From Squalus acanthias (Eukaryota): DNA of 64,000 nucleotides. Below, in pieces: positions 47,531-59,193 of this stretch. The position numbers and the translations under genes were made by a program. The stretch spans positions 2,356,001-2,420,000 of the forward strand of contig JASTWF010000035.1 of NCBI GenBank assembly GCA_030390025.1, in the 5' to 3' direction. The notes beneath the pieces are model-generated. The model saw nothing but the letters and a program-made list of their open reading frames with translations, had not been told where the DNA came from and searched no databases. Within the stretch, counting starts at the first letter, position 1. Each line of letters opens with the position of its first letter.

Positions 47531-50460
47531 ACATAGATACATAGATACATAGAAGATAGGAGCAGGAGTAGGCCATCCGGCCCTTCGAGCCTGCTCCGCC
47601 ATTTAATGAGATCATGGCTGATCCTCCAATTCAGTATCCCGTCCCCGCCTTCTCTCCGTAACCCTTAACCCCTTTTGCCTGTAGAAATATATCTAATTCC
47701 CTCTTAAATATATTTAATGAGCTGGCGTACACTGCCCTCTGTGGCAATGAGTTCCACAGGTTCACCACCCTCTGAGTGAAGAAATTCCCCCTCATTTCTG
47801 TCCTAAATGGTTTAGCCCTTATCCTTAAATTATGTCCTCTAGTTCTGTTCTCACCCGCCAAGGGAAACATTCCTTCTGCATCTAGTCTGTCTAGACCTGT
47901 CAGAATTTTATACACTTCTATGAGGTCCCCTCTCAATCTTCTAAACTCCAGTGTGTACATCCCTAAACTACATAGTCTCTCCTCATAGGTCAATCCCGCC
48001 ATTCCTGGTATCAGCCTGGTGAATCGCCGCTGCACCCCCTCCATGGCAAGAACATCTTTCCTCAGATGAGGCGACCAAAACTGTACACAGTACTCGAGGT
48101 GTGGTCTCACCAGTGCCCTGTACAGCTGCAGCAAGGTATCCCTGTTCCTGTATTCCAACCCTTTTGCTATGAAGGCCAGCATACCGTTTGCCTTCTTGAC
48201 CGCCTGTTGCACCTGCATGCTCGCCTTCAGTGACTGGTGTACAAGAACACCCAGGTCTCTCTGTACTTCCCCCTCTCCCAATTTATTGCCATTTAAATAA
48301 TAATTTGCTCTCCCGTTCCTGCACCCAAGGTGGATAACTTCGCACTTGTCCACATTATAGTGCATCTGCCATTTATCCGCCCAATCACCCAGTCTGTCCA
48401 AATCGCTCTGGAGCTTCCTGGTCTCCTCCTCTGAGCCCACCCCACCTCCTAGTTTAGTGTCGTCTGCAAATTTGGAAATGCTGCATCCGACTCCCTGATC
48501 CAGGTCATTAATGTAAATTGTGAACAGCTGGGGACCCAGGACAGATCCCTGTGGTACCCCACTTGTTACTGCCTGCCATTCAGAAAATGAGCCGTTTATT
48601 CCAACTCTCTGTTTTCTATCTGACAGCCAGTTCTCTATCCACGTCAATACTTTCCCCTTTATCCCATGAGCTTCAATTTTCCATGCTAATTTTTTATGTG
48701 GGACCTTGTCGAAGGCCTTTTGGAAGTCCAGGTACACCACATCTACTGGCTCTCCCCCATCTATTTTACCAGTTACTCCCTCAAAAAATTCCAATAGATT
48801 AGTCAAGCACGATTTACCCTTTGTAAATCCATGTTGACTCTGTCCTATCCTGTCCCCATTTGCTAAGTGCTCCGCTATTTCATCCTTAATGATGGACTCC
48901 AGCATTTTGCCCACAACTGATGTAAGGCTTACAGGTCTGTAATTACCTGCTTTTTCCCTACCCCCCTTTTTGAATAGTGGGGTAACGTTAGCTACCCTCC
49001 AATCCATGGGCACTGTTCCCGAGTCTAATGAATTCTGAAAAATCATACTTAGTGCATCTGCTATCTCTAGGGCCACCTCCTTCAGTACCCTAGGATGCAT
49101 GTTATCAGGCCCTGGGGATTTGTCCGCCTTCAATCCCTTTAGCTTCCTTAACACCATATCCTTAGAGATATTGATTTGCGTCAGTTCCTCCTTTGCCCAT
49201 GTCCCTATTTTTCCCGATATCCCAGGGAGGTTTTTTGTGTCTTCCTTCGTAAAGACTGACCCAAAGTATGCATTTAGTTGGTCTGCCATTTCCTTATTTC
49301 CCGTTATATATTCCCCCGTATCTGACTGCAATGGACCAACTTTGGTTTTCACCAGTCTTTTCCTCTTGATATACTTATAAAAGCTTTTGGAGTTAGTTTT
49401 TATATTTTCCGCCAGCTTGCTTTCGTAAGCTATTTTGCCCCTCTTGATTAAGCCCTTTGTCCTCCTTTGCTCTATCTTAAACCGTTCCCAATCTTCCACT
49501 CTGGCGCTTTTTTTGGCTATTTTATACGCCCTATCTTTGGATTTTATGCTGTCTCTAATTTCCCCTGTTATCCACGGTTGAGTCACCTTTTTAGATTTCC
49601 TTTTATGCCAGATTGGTATAAACAATTTTTGCAATTTTGTCATTCTATCTTTAAATGCTTGCCATTGTTTATCTACCTCCAGTCCTCCCAGGAACGTTGT
49701 CCAATCAGACCTACTCAGTTCCCGTCTAATGGCATCATAATTCCCCTTGTTTAAATTCAGGACCTTAGTCTCTGAGTCAATTTCTTCGCTCTCCATTTCG
49801 AGTGAGAAATCGATCATGTTATGATCGCTCTGACCCAAGGGTCCCCGTACAACAAGATTACTAATTAGTCCCTTCTCATTGCACAGTACCCAGTCCAATA
49901 TAGCCTGTTCCCGAGTTGGTTCCTCGACATATTGATCCAGATAACCATCCCTTAAACACTCAAGGAATTTCTCCTCCTCATTATTTTTACTGATTAGGCT
50001 AGTCCAATCTATATGTAAGTTAAAGTCACCTATGATGACAGCTGTGCTCTTATTGCACGCTTCTCTAATTTCCCTCGTGATGCCCTCCCCAACCTCTATT
50101 TTACTATTTGGAGGCCTATATACCACTCCTATTAATGTTTTTCGCCCCTCGCTATTTCTTAGCTCCACCCATGTAGATTCTGTATTAACTGAGTTAATAT
50201 CCTTCCTTTCAATTGCATTTATCCCCTCTTTTACCAGCAATGCTACCCCTCCTCCCTTTCTTTTTTGTCGATCCTTCCTAAATACTGAATACCCCTGTAT
50301 GTTAAGCTCCCAGCCCTGCTCACCCTGCAACCATGCTTCCGTAATCCCAATTAGATCATAATTATTAACCTCTATTTCCACAGCTAATTCATCTACCTTG
50401 TTCCTGATGCTTCTCGCATTAAGGTATAAAACCCTCAGGCTTTTTTTATGCTCACATTTT
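47531..50460 (-). mobile_element. Young CR1 with uninterrupted ORF2 (47631-50381 and upstream), lacking ORF1
   Basis: 916-aa open APE+RT ORF; (TATGTATC)n tail. Confidence 0.95.
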
Positions 50461-50611
50461 TTATGAATTAGTTTGAAGCATAACCCCCCTGCTCTTGTAT
50501 TCTATGCCACGGCTAATAAAGTCAAGCATTCCGTATGCCTTCAGGGATCTGTGGACATGCACTCCAAGGTCCCTTTGTTCCTCTACGGTACTCAGTGTCC
50601 TACCATTTATC

Positions 50612-51374
50612 GGCCCAAAAATTCGGCTGAATACGGGAGAGTACGAACTGTGTACTCTCGCGTATTCGGTCCCGAAGTGCCGGTTTCTTGCATGCACTGC
50701 GCATGCGCGGGAAACTGGCACTTCCGGTATGGCAAAGGGGGCGGTTCCTAAGTGAACCGCGTGCGCACTACAGGCTGTGCGCACGCAGCACACTTAGGTT
50801 TTTTTTCAGGTTTCAACGCGAAGGTAAGTATGGAAGATTTTACACATGAAAAAAGGAGGCGTAAGACCCCCTATTAACAAGCTAAGTAGTTAATTAAGTA
50901 TTATTTTAAATTTTTTTCAACAGGTTTATCTTTTTTAGAGACTTTAAAGAAAGGTAAGTTTATTTTTATAACTTTTAAAAAGAATTAAAATTTTTTCAAA
51001 ACTTAACATTTTTGTTTAAAGTGGTTAATTTATTTAACTATAGTTATTTTATTAATGTGATGTTTTTTTTTTAATTTATTTGAGGTTCAGCTGTTCTTTT
51101 GGGGACAATTTGTATTCATAGTTTTGACAGTTCTCCTGTCAAATCTATGAATGAAAGATGGTGTGCTGCCATTGGCTCTCCATGGCCCACGTGATCCCAG
51201 AGGTCGCATCGAACTTACTGCGCCTCTGGGACTTGCACACACTGCGCGCCGGCACCAGGGAGAGGCCCAGGACCAGAAGTTCGTGTGGGCCCGAATCACA
51301 ACGGCAGGTGCGGTAGGTAAGATCGCACGCGATCCTTACCCCCGCGGCAAGCCTCCGAGTCAAATTTCTGGGCC
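50612..51374. mobile_element. Harbinger-type MITE
   Basis: TIRs GGCCCAAAAATTCG / CAAATTTCTGGGCC; interrupts a CR1; TSD imperfect. Confidence 0.75.
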
Positions 51375-51637
51375 AATGTGTATTCCCTTTCCTTGTTAGC
51401 CCTCCCCAAATGCATTACCTCACACTTCTCCGGATTGAATTCCATTTGCCACTGTTCTGCCCACCTGACCAATTTATTGATATCTTCCTGCAGTCTACAG
51501 CTTCCTTTTTCAGTATCAACCACACAGCCAAATTTAGTATCATCGACTGATGTCGGGCTAACTGGTCTGTATTTCACCGTTTACTCTCTCCCTCCTTTCA
51601 TAAATAGTAGGGTTTCCAAACCGTTCTAGAATCTATG

Positions 51638-52343
51638 GGGGGGAAAATTCGGTTGCTTTGCACCTCCCGCCTAAGAGGGCACTAACGGGGCGCAAAGCAA
51701 CTAGCGCCCGGGCGTGGCGCCGCCAATGCCTCCCGCAAAATTCAGCAGGAGGTTAGCGGTGGCAGTAACTGGTAGCGCCCCGCGGCGCTGCACCACCGGC
51801 GATGACGTCATCGCCGTGCACAGCACCCCGCTTGCGCCCCAGCCGCGATCTTCGGTCGCGCCCCCTGACTTACGATGTCCAACGGGGTCAGGGGGGGTCT
51901 ACTTGCGGGCGGGGAGGCGCTATTTAAAGGCGAGGTGCCAGGCAGCCATTTTGTTGCTTGCAAGCACCAGTCTCTGCTCCCGTCCCCGGCCTCCTTACCC
52001 ACCCCCCCCGCGGAGTGCCGGCTGCGCTCCATGAGCCCAGCACTTCTCTTTTGCTGGCAGTCCTGATCCCCGTGGGTCCAACTGGGCCCCGGGTCGTGCT
52101 GCGCAACGTCCCTCCCCTTTAAGAAGGGGAGGAAGGCCTGCATGGCGCTGCGGCACGTAGCGCCGCGATATTCCCTCGCTGCGCCCCAAGAGGGAGGTGG
52201 GGCCCTTCCAGTAGCGCCCCGCTTCCCTCTTGGGGCGCTACCATTCAATTTCCATCGCGGGGGCGCTAATATTTCCACGGCGCTAAAAGTAGCACCCCAG
52301 CGAAGTTAGCGCCCCAAAGGGGGCGCAACTCAACCTTTAGCCC
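51638..52343. mobile_element. Harbinger-type MITE
   Basis: Left end GGGGGGAAAATTCGGTTGC resembles 24214 and 34744; ATG TSD (51635-37, 52344-46). Confidence 0.85.
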
Positions 52344-52516
52344 ATGGAATTTTGGAAAATGCCAACCAATGCATCCACTATCTCTACAGCCACCTCTTTC
52401 AAAACCCTAGGATGCAGGCCATAAGGTCCAGGAGATTTATCGGCTTTCAGTCCCAGTAATTTCTCCAGTACTATTTTTTTACTGATACTAATTCCTGTCA
52501 GTTCCTGATTCTCGCT

Positions 52517-52806
52517 AGAAACATAGAAACATAGAATCTAGGAGCAGGAGTAGGCCATTCGGCCCGTCGAGCCTGCTCCACCATTCAATACGATCATGGC
52601 TGATCATCCAAATCCAGTACCCTGTCCCTGCTTTAATCCCCACAGTACACATATCCCACCCTACCCCCGTAACCCCACGTATTTAATTCCCCCTAACATA
52701 TCCCATCCTATCCCCACAACCCCACATATTTAATCCCCCCCTAACACTAAGGGTCAATTTATCATAGCCAAATCAACCTAACCCGCACATTTTTGGACTG
52801 TGGGAG
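52517..52806 (-). mobile_element. 5'-truncated V-SINE (HE1-like) with a CR1 tail
   Basis: Minus strand CTCCCACAGTCCAAAAATGTGCGGGTTAGGTTGATTTGGC..TAAATTGACCCTTAGTGT (V-domain-like), then CR1 3' UTR and (TTCTATGT)n. Confidence 0.7.
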
Positions 52807-52868
52807 CCTTGGTTCTCCATTATTTTCGAGAAGTTTTTTGCGTCTTCTTCTGTGAAGACAGACACAAA

Positions 52869-53700
52869 GGGCTGGATTTTCAATGACCCGTGGAGTCGGG
52901 TTTGGAGGCGTGTGGGGGGTTAAAGGTGCAGATTTGAGGGTCCCGACCCCATCCCGCCTCCATGCCAGTTTCGCTGGCGGCGGGTACCCGACCTGTGCTG
53001 AGACCCGACTCCCCGAGGCGGGAAGGGATTAGTGACAATTAACTGCCTGTTAACAGGTAGTTAACAGGCAGTTTTTTGCATAATCCCTATTTTAAAAAGA
53101 AAGGTGTGGACTTCCCGACAGGTGGCAACCACGCCAAGTTATCGGGGCGGGCCGTGGGTCTGCAGGGGTTGGAGGCGTCGATATGTCCGGTGGGCAGGTG
53201 AGTGATGGGTGCATGTGTGCAGAGGTAAGTGTGTAAGGTAAGTGCTAAGTGTTGGAATAAGTTTTACTTACCTTAACTTCCTCCTGCAGGTATCAGCCCT
53301 TCAGTTCTCGGGAGTCAGAAATCTCACCGGCACAGAAAGCAGAAAAGCCGTGGTCCTGTCAAAAACTGCAGCCTTCTGTTTTCTGTGGTGGAATGATTTC
53401 TAACTCAGCCTGAGAGGAAGGACTGAAGTTAGAAATCATATTGTCAGTGTTTGACAGCTTCACAGAGCTGGCAAACGCTGATATTTCATCTGTCAAAAGC
53501 TCTTGACAGATGAAATGTCAGTCTGTGACATCACCTGTTACCGGGTGGCCCTTAATTGGCCTGCTGACCCCACTGGGCGGCTCAACAAGGTCAATCAAGG
53601 GAAAATACAGTGGGTTGGCCACATCTCGATGGAGGCGGGTTTACAAGCCAAAATGTGGGATTCACGACACCAACCTCACCTGAGTATCAAAATCCAGCCC
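52869..53700. mobile_element. Harbinger-type MITE
   Basis: Perfect TIR GGGCTGGATTTT; AAA TSD. Confidence 0.88.
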
Positions 53701-55210
53701 AAAGTATTTGTTTAATTTCTCTGCCATTTCCTTATTCCCCATTATCATTTCTCCTGTCTCAGCCTGTAAGGGACCCACATTTACTTTCGTTAAACTTTTC
53801 CTTTTTACATACCTATAGAAGCTTATACAGTCTGCTTTTATGTCTCTCGCTAGTTTACTCTCATATTCTATTTTCCCTTTCTTTATCAATTTCTTGGTCC
53901 TCCTTTGCTGAATTCCAAAATTCTCCCAATCCTCAGGCTTACTACTCTTTTTGGCAACATTATAAGCCTCTTCCTTTGATCTAATACTATCTTTAACGGT
54001 TGGACCACTTTTCCTGTGGGGTTTTTGTACCTTAAAGGAATGTATATTTGTTGTAAATTATGTATTAATTCTTTAAATGCTAGCCATTGCTCGTCCACTG
54101 TCATACCTTTTAATGTAGTTTCCCAATCTACCTTAGCCAACTCGCCCCTCATACCTATGTAGTTTGCTTTGTTTAGATTTAAGACCCTAGTTTCGGATTT
54201 AACTAAATCACTTTCAAACTCAATATAAAATTCTATCATATTATGGTCACTCTTCCCTAAAGGCCCCTTTACTACAATGTTATTAATTAACTCTTTCTCA
54301 TTGCACAATACTAGATCTAAAATAGCCTGTTCCCTAGTTGGTTCCTCAACATACTGATCTAGAAAACTATCTTGCATACATTCCATGAATTCGTCCTCCA
54401 CACTATTACTGCAAATTTGGTTTGCCCAGTCTATATGTAGATTAAAGTTCCCCTTGATTACTGTATTACCCTTGTTACATGCGCCTCTAATTTCCTGATT
54501 TATACTCTGCCCTACATTACAACTACTGTTTGGGGGCCTATAAACAACTCCCACCAATGTTTTCTGTCCCTTGCTGTTTCTCCACCCAAACTGATTCTAC
54601 TTTTTGATTTTCGGAGCTAAGATCATTTCTCTCTACTGTCTTTATCCTATCCTTTATTATCAGGGCTACCCCGCCTCCTTTTCCATTTGCCTATCTCTTA
54701 TAAAAGTTAAGTATCCTGGAATATTTAGTTCCTAACCTTGGCCACATTGCAACCACATCTCCTTCATGGCTATTAGATCAAACCTGTTAATTTCTATCCG
54801 CGCTATGAATTCATCTATTTAGTTGCGAATGCTTCGCGCATTCAGATATAGTGCCTTTAGCTTTGACTTATTTCTCTTTTTCCCTGATGTCACCTTAGTC
54901 ACTGATGCCCTATTACCTTTGTTGCTCTCTCTGTCCCTTCCTGACCCACTCTGCTTATTTTTACCCAAAACTCTACTCTGCTCTAGAACCTTGACATTTC
55001 TCTCGCTGCTTTTAAATTTACTCTTTCCTGAATCCTCCCACCACCCCATCATTAGTTTAAAGCCCTCTCCACTGCCCTAGTTATTTGGATCACCAGGACA
55101 CTGGTCCCAGCCCGGTTTAAGTGGAGCCTGTCCCAACGGAACAGCTCCAGATGGTGCAGTGGGAATGAGATCCACCAACACCAGCCACACTATTTGAATG
55201 TGTTTCTCAC

Positions 55211-55353
55211 CCTAGTGCTTCTTCCATGATGCAGCCGGCTTTCGCATCTGCACAGTTACAATTCCGTGATTCAGTGTCGTGTGAGAGTCCCAGATTGTGT
55301 CCAAGCTCATGGGCGAGGGTAGCAGCAGCACCCAAAAATGTCGACCGGCTGTC
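55211..55353 (-). CDS. ADAM metalloprotease catalytic exon (absent from the ORF track)
   Basis: [48 protein letters not shown]: HExxHxxGxxH motif plus CIM Met-turn; CTCTTAG acceptor, GTGAGA donor; 143 nt, phase 0 to 2. Confidence 0.95.
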
Positions 55354-55452
55354 CTAAGAGGGAACAGAAGTAACATTCAATGAATACGTTCCAATATCAT
55401 CCTCTAACGCCACTAATAAGGCATTGCATGAACTGGTTAACACTGACACAAA

Positions 55453-56204
55453 GGGCTGGATTTTGAATGACCAATGGAGTCGGGTTTGGAGGCGTGTGGG
55501 GGGTTAAATTTGCGGGGTTGGGGTTTCCGACCCTATCCCGACTGCATCCCGCCTCCACGCAATTTTGACATAATCAATCGCGGGGTTCCCGATTCCGTCC
55601 CGTCTCCAAGAGGCGGGAGAGGCCATTAAAGCCCTTAACAAGCTCTAAATTGGCTCTGTAATGCTATTTTGAAACGCTGTAGCTAGTTTAACCCTCTTCC
55701 GACGTGAAGCACGCCTGATGTGAAACACTCCAGTGAAACCTGGCGGGAGCACAAGTGGATAGTTGACTATCGGCTGCAAGTCCACTATTACAACGGAGAT
55801 GTGATGAAGGTAGTAGTAGTAGTAGGTCTGAACACTGCCTCTGATGCTGCTGCATTGAATGTCTTCATAGACTGCCTGGGAGGACTTACTTGGCAAAAAA
55901 AGTCTCTCTCTCTCTCTCCTTTCCCCCCCCCCCCCCCCCCCCATCCAGGTCCACTCACATCAAAAGCCAGACAAGTCCTCTCTCACCAACAGTCTCTGTG
56001 ACTAGGCAGTCAGTAATGATGACATCATCAGAGGCGACTTTCAGACTGAAAACACTAATTAGTTCATGGGTTCCCACATGCTCCAACTCAATTGCCCAAT
56101 TAAGTGAAAATTGCATCAGGCACCCACATTAATCTGGAGTCGGGGGGGAAACACGAAATGCGGATTACACGACCCCAACCCGACCCCAAGACAAAATCCA
56201 GCCC
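55453..56204. mobile_element. Harbinger-type MITE, same TIR as 52869-53700
   Basis: GGGCTGGATTTT / AAAATCCAGCCC; AAA TSD. Confidence 0.88.
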
Positions 56205-56302
56205 AAAACCTTCGCACCACCATATGCTCAGTCAGGCAGCCCTTTCACACTCATTCCTTCTTACACACTCTCACGTACATCATCACATGTGTTTGCAGAT
56301 AT

Positions 56303-57625
56303 GGGGGGAATTTTAACACCCGGGCAGGAAAGTAGCCTCACAAGCAGTCGGCCCAACCGGCATCAGCAGCCATTTTAACATCCGGGCCTCATTAAAATGC
56401 CGCTGGCCAACATCCCGGCTGTAAGCGGCAAACGGCGGCTCGCTGGGGCAAAGGTCAGTGTGGGGATGGCTGGGGGGCCAATGGGGCAAAGGTCAGTGTG
56501 GGGATGGCTGGGGGGCCAATGGGGCAAAGGTCAGTGTGGGGATGGCTGGGGGGCCAATGGGGCAAAGGTCAGTGTGGGGTTGGCTGGGGGGCCAATGGTC
56601 AGTGTGGGGATGGCTGGGGGGCCAATGGGGCAAAGGTCAGTGTGGGGTTGGCTGGGGGGCCAATGGGGTTTCTGGGGCAGTCTGGACAGGGGAGGCCGAC
56701 ACTCCGACTCCATAAAGGGAAGTTCTAAACTCACTTTACAGGGAATCGTCGCTGCTCCGACCAGGTTGTTGCTGTCGGGTCAACATGGAGTCGGGGTCCT
56801 ACTGGCGTAACAGGATCCCCCACTGTAATCACCGACCCCCCACCACGATCACCGACCCCCCACCGCGATCACCGATCCCCCACCGCGATCACCGACCCCC
56901 CACCGCGATCACCGGCCCCCCACCGCGATCACCGACCCCCCACCGCGATCACCGACCCCCCACCGCGATCACCGACCCCCACCGCGATCACCGACCCCCC
57001 ACCGCGATCACCGACCCCCCACCGCGATCACCGACCCCCCACCGCGATCACCGACCCCCCACCGCGATCACCGATCCCCCACCGCGATCACCGACCCCCC
57101 ACCGCGATCACCGATCTCCCACCGCGATCACCGACCCCCCACCGCGATCACCGACCCCCCACCGCGATCACCGACCCCTCACCGTAATCACCGACAACCC
57201 CACCGTAATCAGCGATCCCCCACCGTAATCACCGACAATCCCACTGTGATCAGTGACTACCCACAGTGACCACCGACCTCCCCACCACGATCAGCGATCC
57301 CCCACCGTGATCACCGACCCCCACGGCGATCACCGAACCCCCACCACGATCACCGATCCCCCACCGCGATCACCGACAACACCACTGCGATCAGTGAACC
57401 CCCCACCGCGATCAGTGATCCCCCACCGTAATCACCGACAACCCCACTGCAATCAGCGACCACCCACAGTGGCCAACGACCCCCCAACACCGCGATCACC
57501 GACCCCCCACCACGATCACCGACCCCTCCAATGCGATCACCGATGCCCCACCGTGATCACCAATCCCCCCCACCGTGATCACCAATCCCCCACACCGTGA
57601 TCACCGACCCACCCACCGTGATCAT
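56303..57625. mobile_element. Truncated Harbinger-like element with internal 38-bp (56445-56668) and 20-bp (56815-57625) tandem arrays
   Basis: Starts GGGGGGAATTTT; units GGGGCAAAGGTCAGTGTGGGGATGGCTGGGGGGCCAAT and CACCGCGATCACCGACCCCC; no right TIR. Confidence 0.65.
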
Positions 57626-59193
57626 GATGGCCTACATCCTAGGGTTTTGAAAGAGGTGGCTATAGAGATAGTGGATGCATTGGCTGAAACTTTCCAAAAT
57701 TCCATAGATTCTAGAACGGTTCCTGCGGATTGGCAGGTAGCAAATGTAACCCCACTATTTAAGAATGGAGGGAGAGAAAAAACGGGGAATTACAGACCAG
57801 TTAGCCTGACATCAATAGTAGGGAAAATGCTAGAATCTATTATTAAGGACGAGGCAACAGCGCACTTAGAAATTAATATTAGGATTGTGCAGAGTCAACA
57901 CAGATTTATGAAAGGGAAATCGTGTTTGACAAATCTGTTAGAGTTTTTTGAGGTAGTAACTAGCAGAATAGATAAGGGGGAACCAGTGGATGTGGTGTAT
58001 TTGGACTTTCAGAAGTCATTCGATAAGGTGCCACACAAGAGGTTATTAAACAAAATTATGGATCATGGGATTAGGGGTAATATACTCGCATGGATTGAGG
58101 ATTGGTTAATGGACAGAAAACAGAGAGTAGGAATAACCGGGTCATTTTCAGGTTGGCAGGATGAAACTAGTGGGGTGCCGCAAGGATCAGTGTTGGGGGC
58201 TCAGCTATTTTACAATCTATATTAATGACCCAGATGAAGGGACCGAGTGTAATTTATCCAAGTTTGCTGACGATACAAAGCTAGGTGGGACAGTAAGCTG
58301 TGAGGAGAACACAAAGAGTCTACAAAGGGATATAGATAGACTAAGTGAGTGGGCAGTAAGGTGGCAGATGGAGTATAATGTAGGGAAATGTGAGGTTATT
58401 CACTTTGGTAGGAAGAATAGAAAAACAATATTTTTTAAATGGTGAGAAACTTTCAAATGTTGGTGTTCAGAGAGATTTGGGTGTCCTCGTGCAAGAAACA
58501 CAGAAAGCTAGCATGCAGATACAGCAAGCAATAAGGGAGGCAAATGGCATGTGGGCCTTTATTGCAAGGGGGTTGGAGTATAAGAGTAAGGATGTCTTGC
58601 TACAATTGTACAGGACCTTAGTGAGACCACACCTGGAGTACTGTGCACAGTTTTGGTCTCCTTATCTAAGGAAGGATATACTTGCCTTGGAGGCGGTGCA
58701 ACGAAGGTTCACCAGATTGATTCCTGGGATGAGAGGGCTGTCCTATGATGAGAGATTGTGTAGATTGGGCCTATACTCTCTGGAGTTTAGAAGAATGAGA
58801 GGTGATCTCATTGGAACATACAAGATTCTGAGGGGGATTGACAGGGTAGATGCTGAGAGGTTGTTTCCCCTGGCTGGAGTGTCTAGAACTAGGGGGCATA
58901 GTCTCAGGATAAGAGGTCGGCCATTTAAGACAGGCATGAGGAGGAATTTCTTCACTCAGAGGTTTGTGAATCTTTGGAATTCTCTGCCCCAGAGGGCTGT
59001 GAATGCTGAGTCTTTGAATATATTCAAGGCTGAGATCGATAGATTTTTGGACTCTAAGGGAATCAAGGGATATGGAGATCGGGCAGGAAAGTAGAGTTCA
59101 GGTCGATAATAGCCATGATCTTATTGAATGGCAGAGCAGGCTCGATGGGCCATATGGCCTACTCCTGCTCTTATTTCTTATGTTCCTATGTTC
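57626..59193 (+). mobile_element. CR1 RT 3' part, frameshifted
   Basis: DGLHPRVLKE...FADD...FFTQRFVNLWN; tail ends at ~59193. Confidence 0.92.

Larger units (their letters stand above)
51546..55148 (-). mobile_element. Old CR1 (ORF1 end to RT start) split by three insertions
   Basis: LYLNARSIRN, VYRPPN, SDHNMIEF motifs; sequence is collinear across the insertions. Confidence 0.85.

Noticed and set aside
56397..57600. Gly/Trp-rich and Pro/His-rich ORFs
   Set aside because: Translations of the 38-bp and 20-bp arrays
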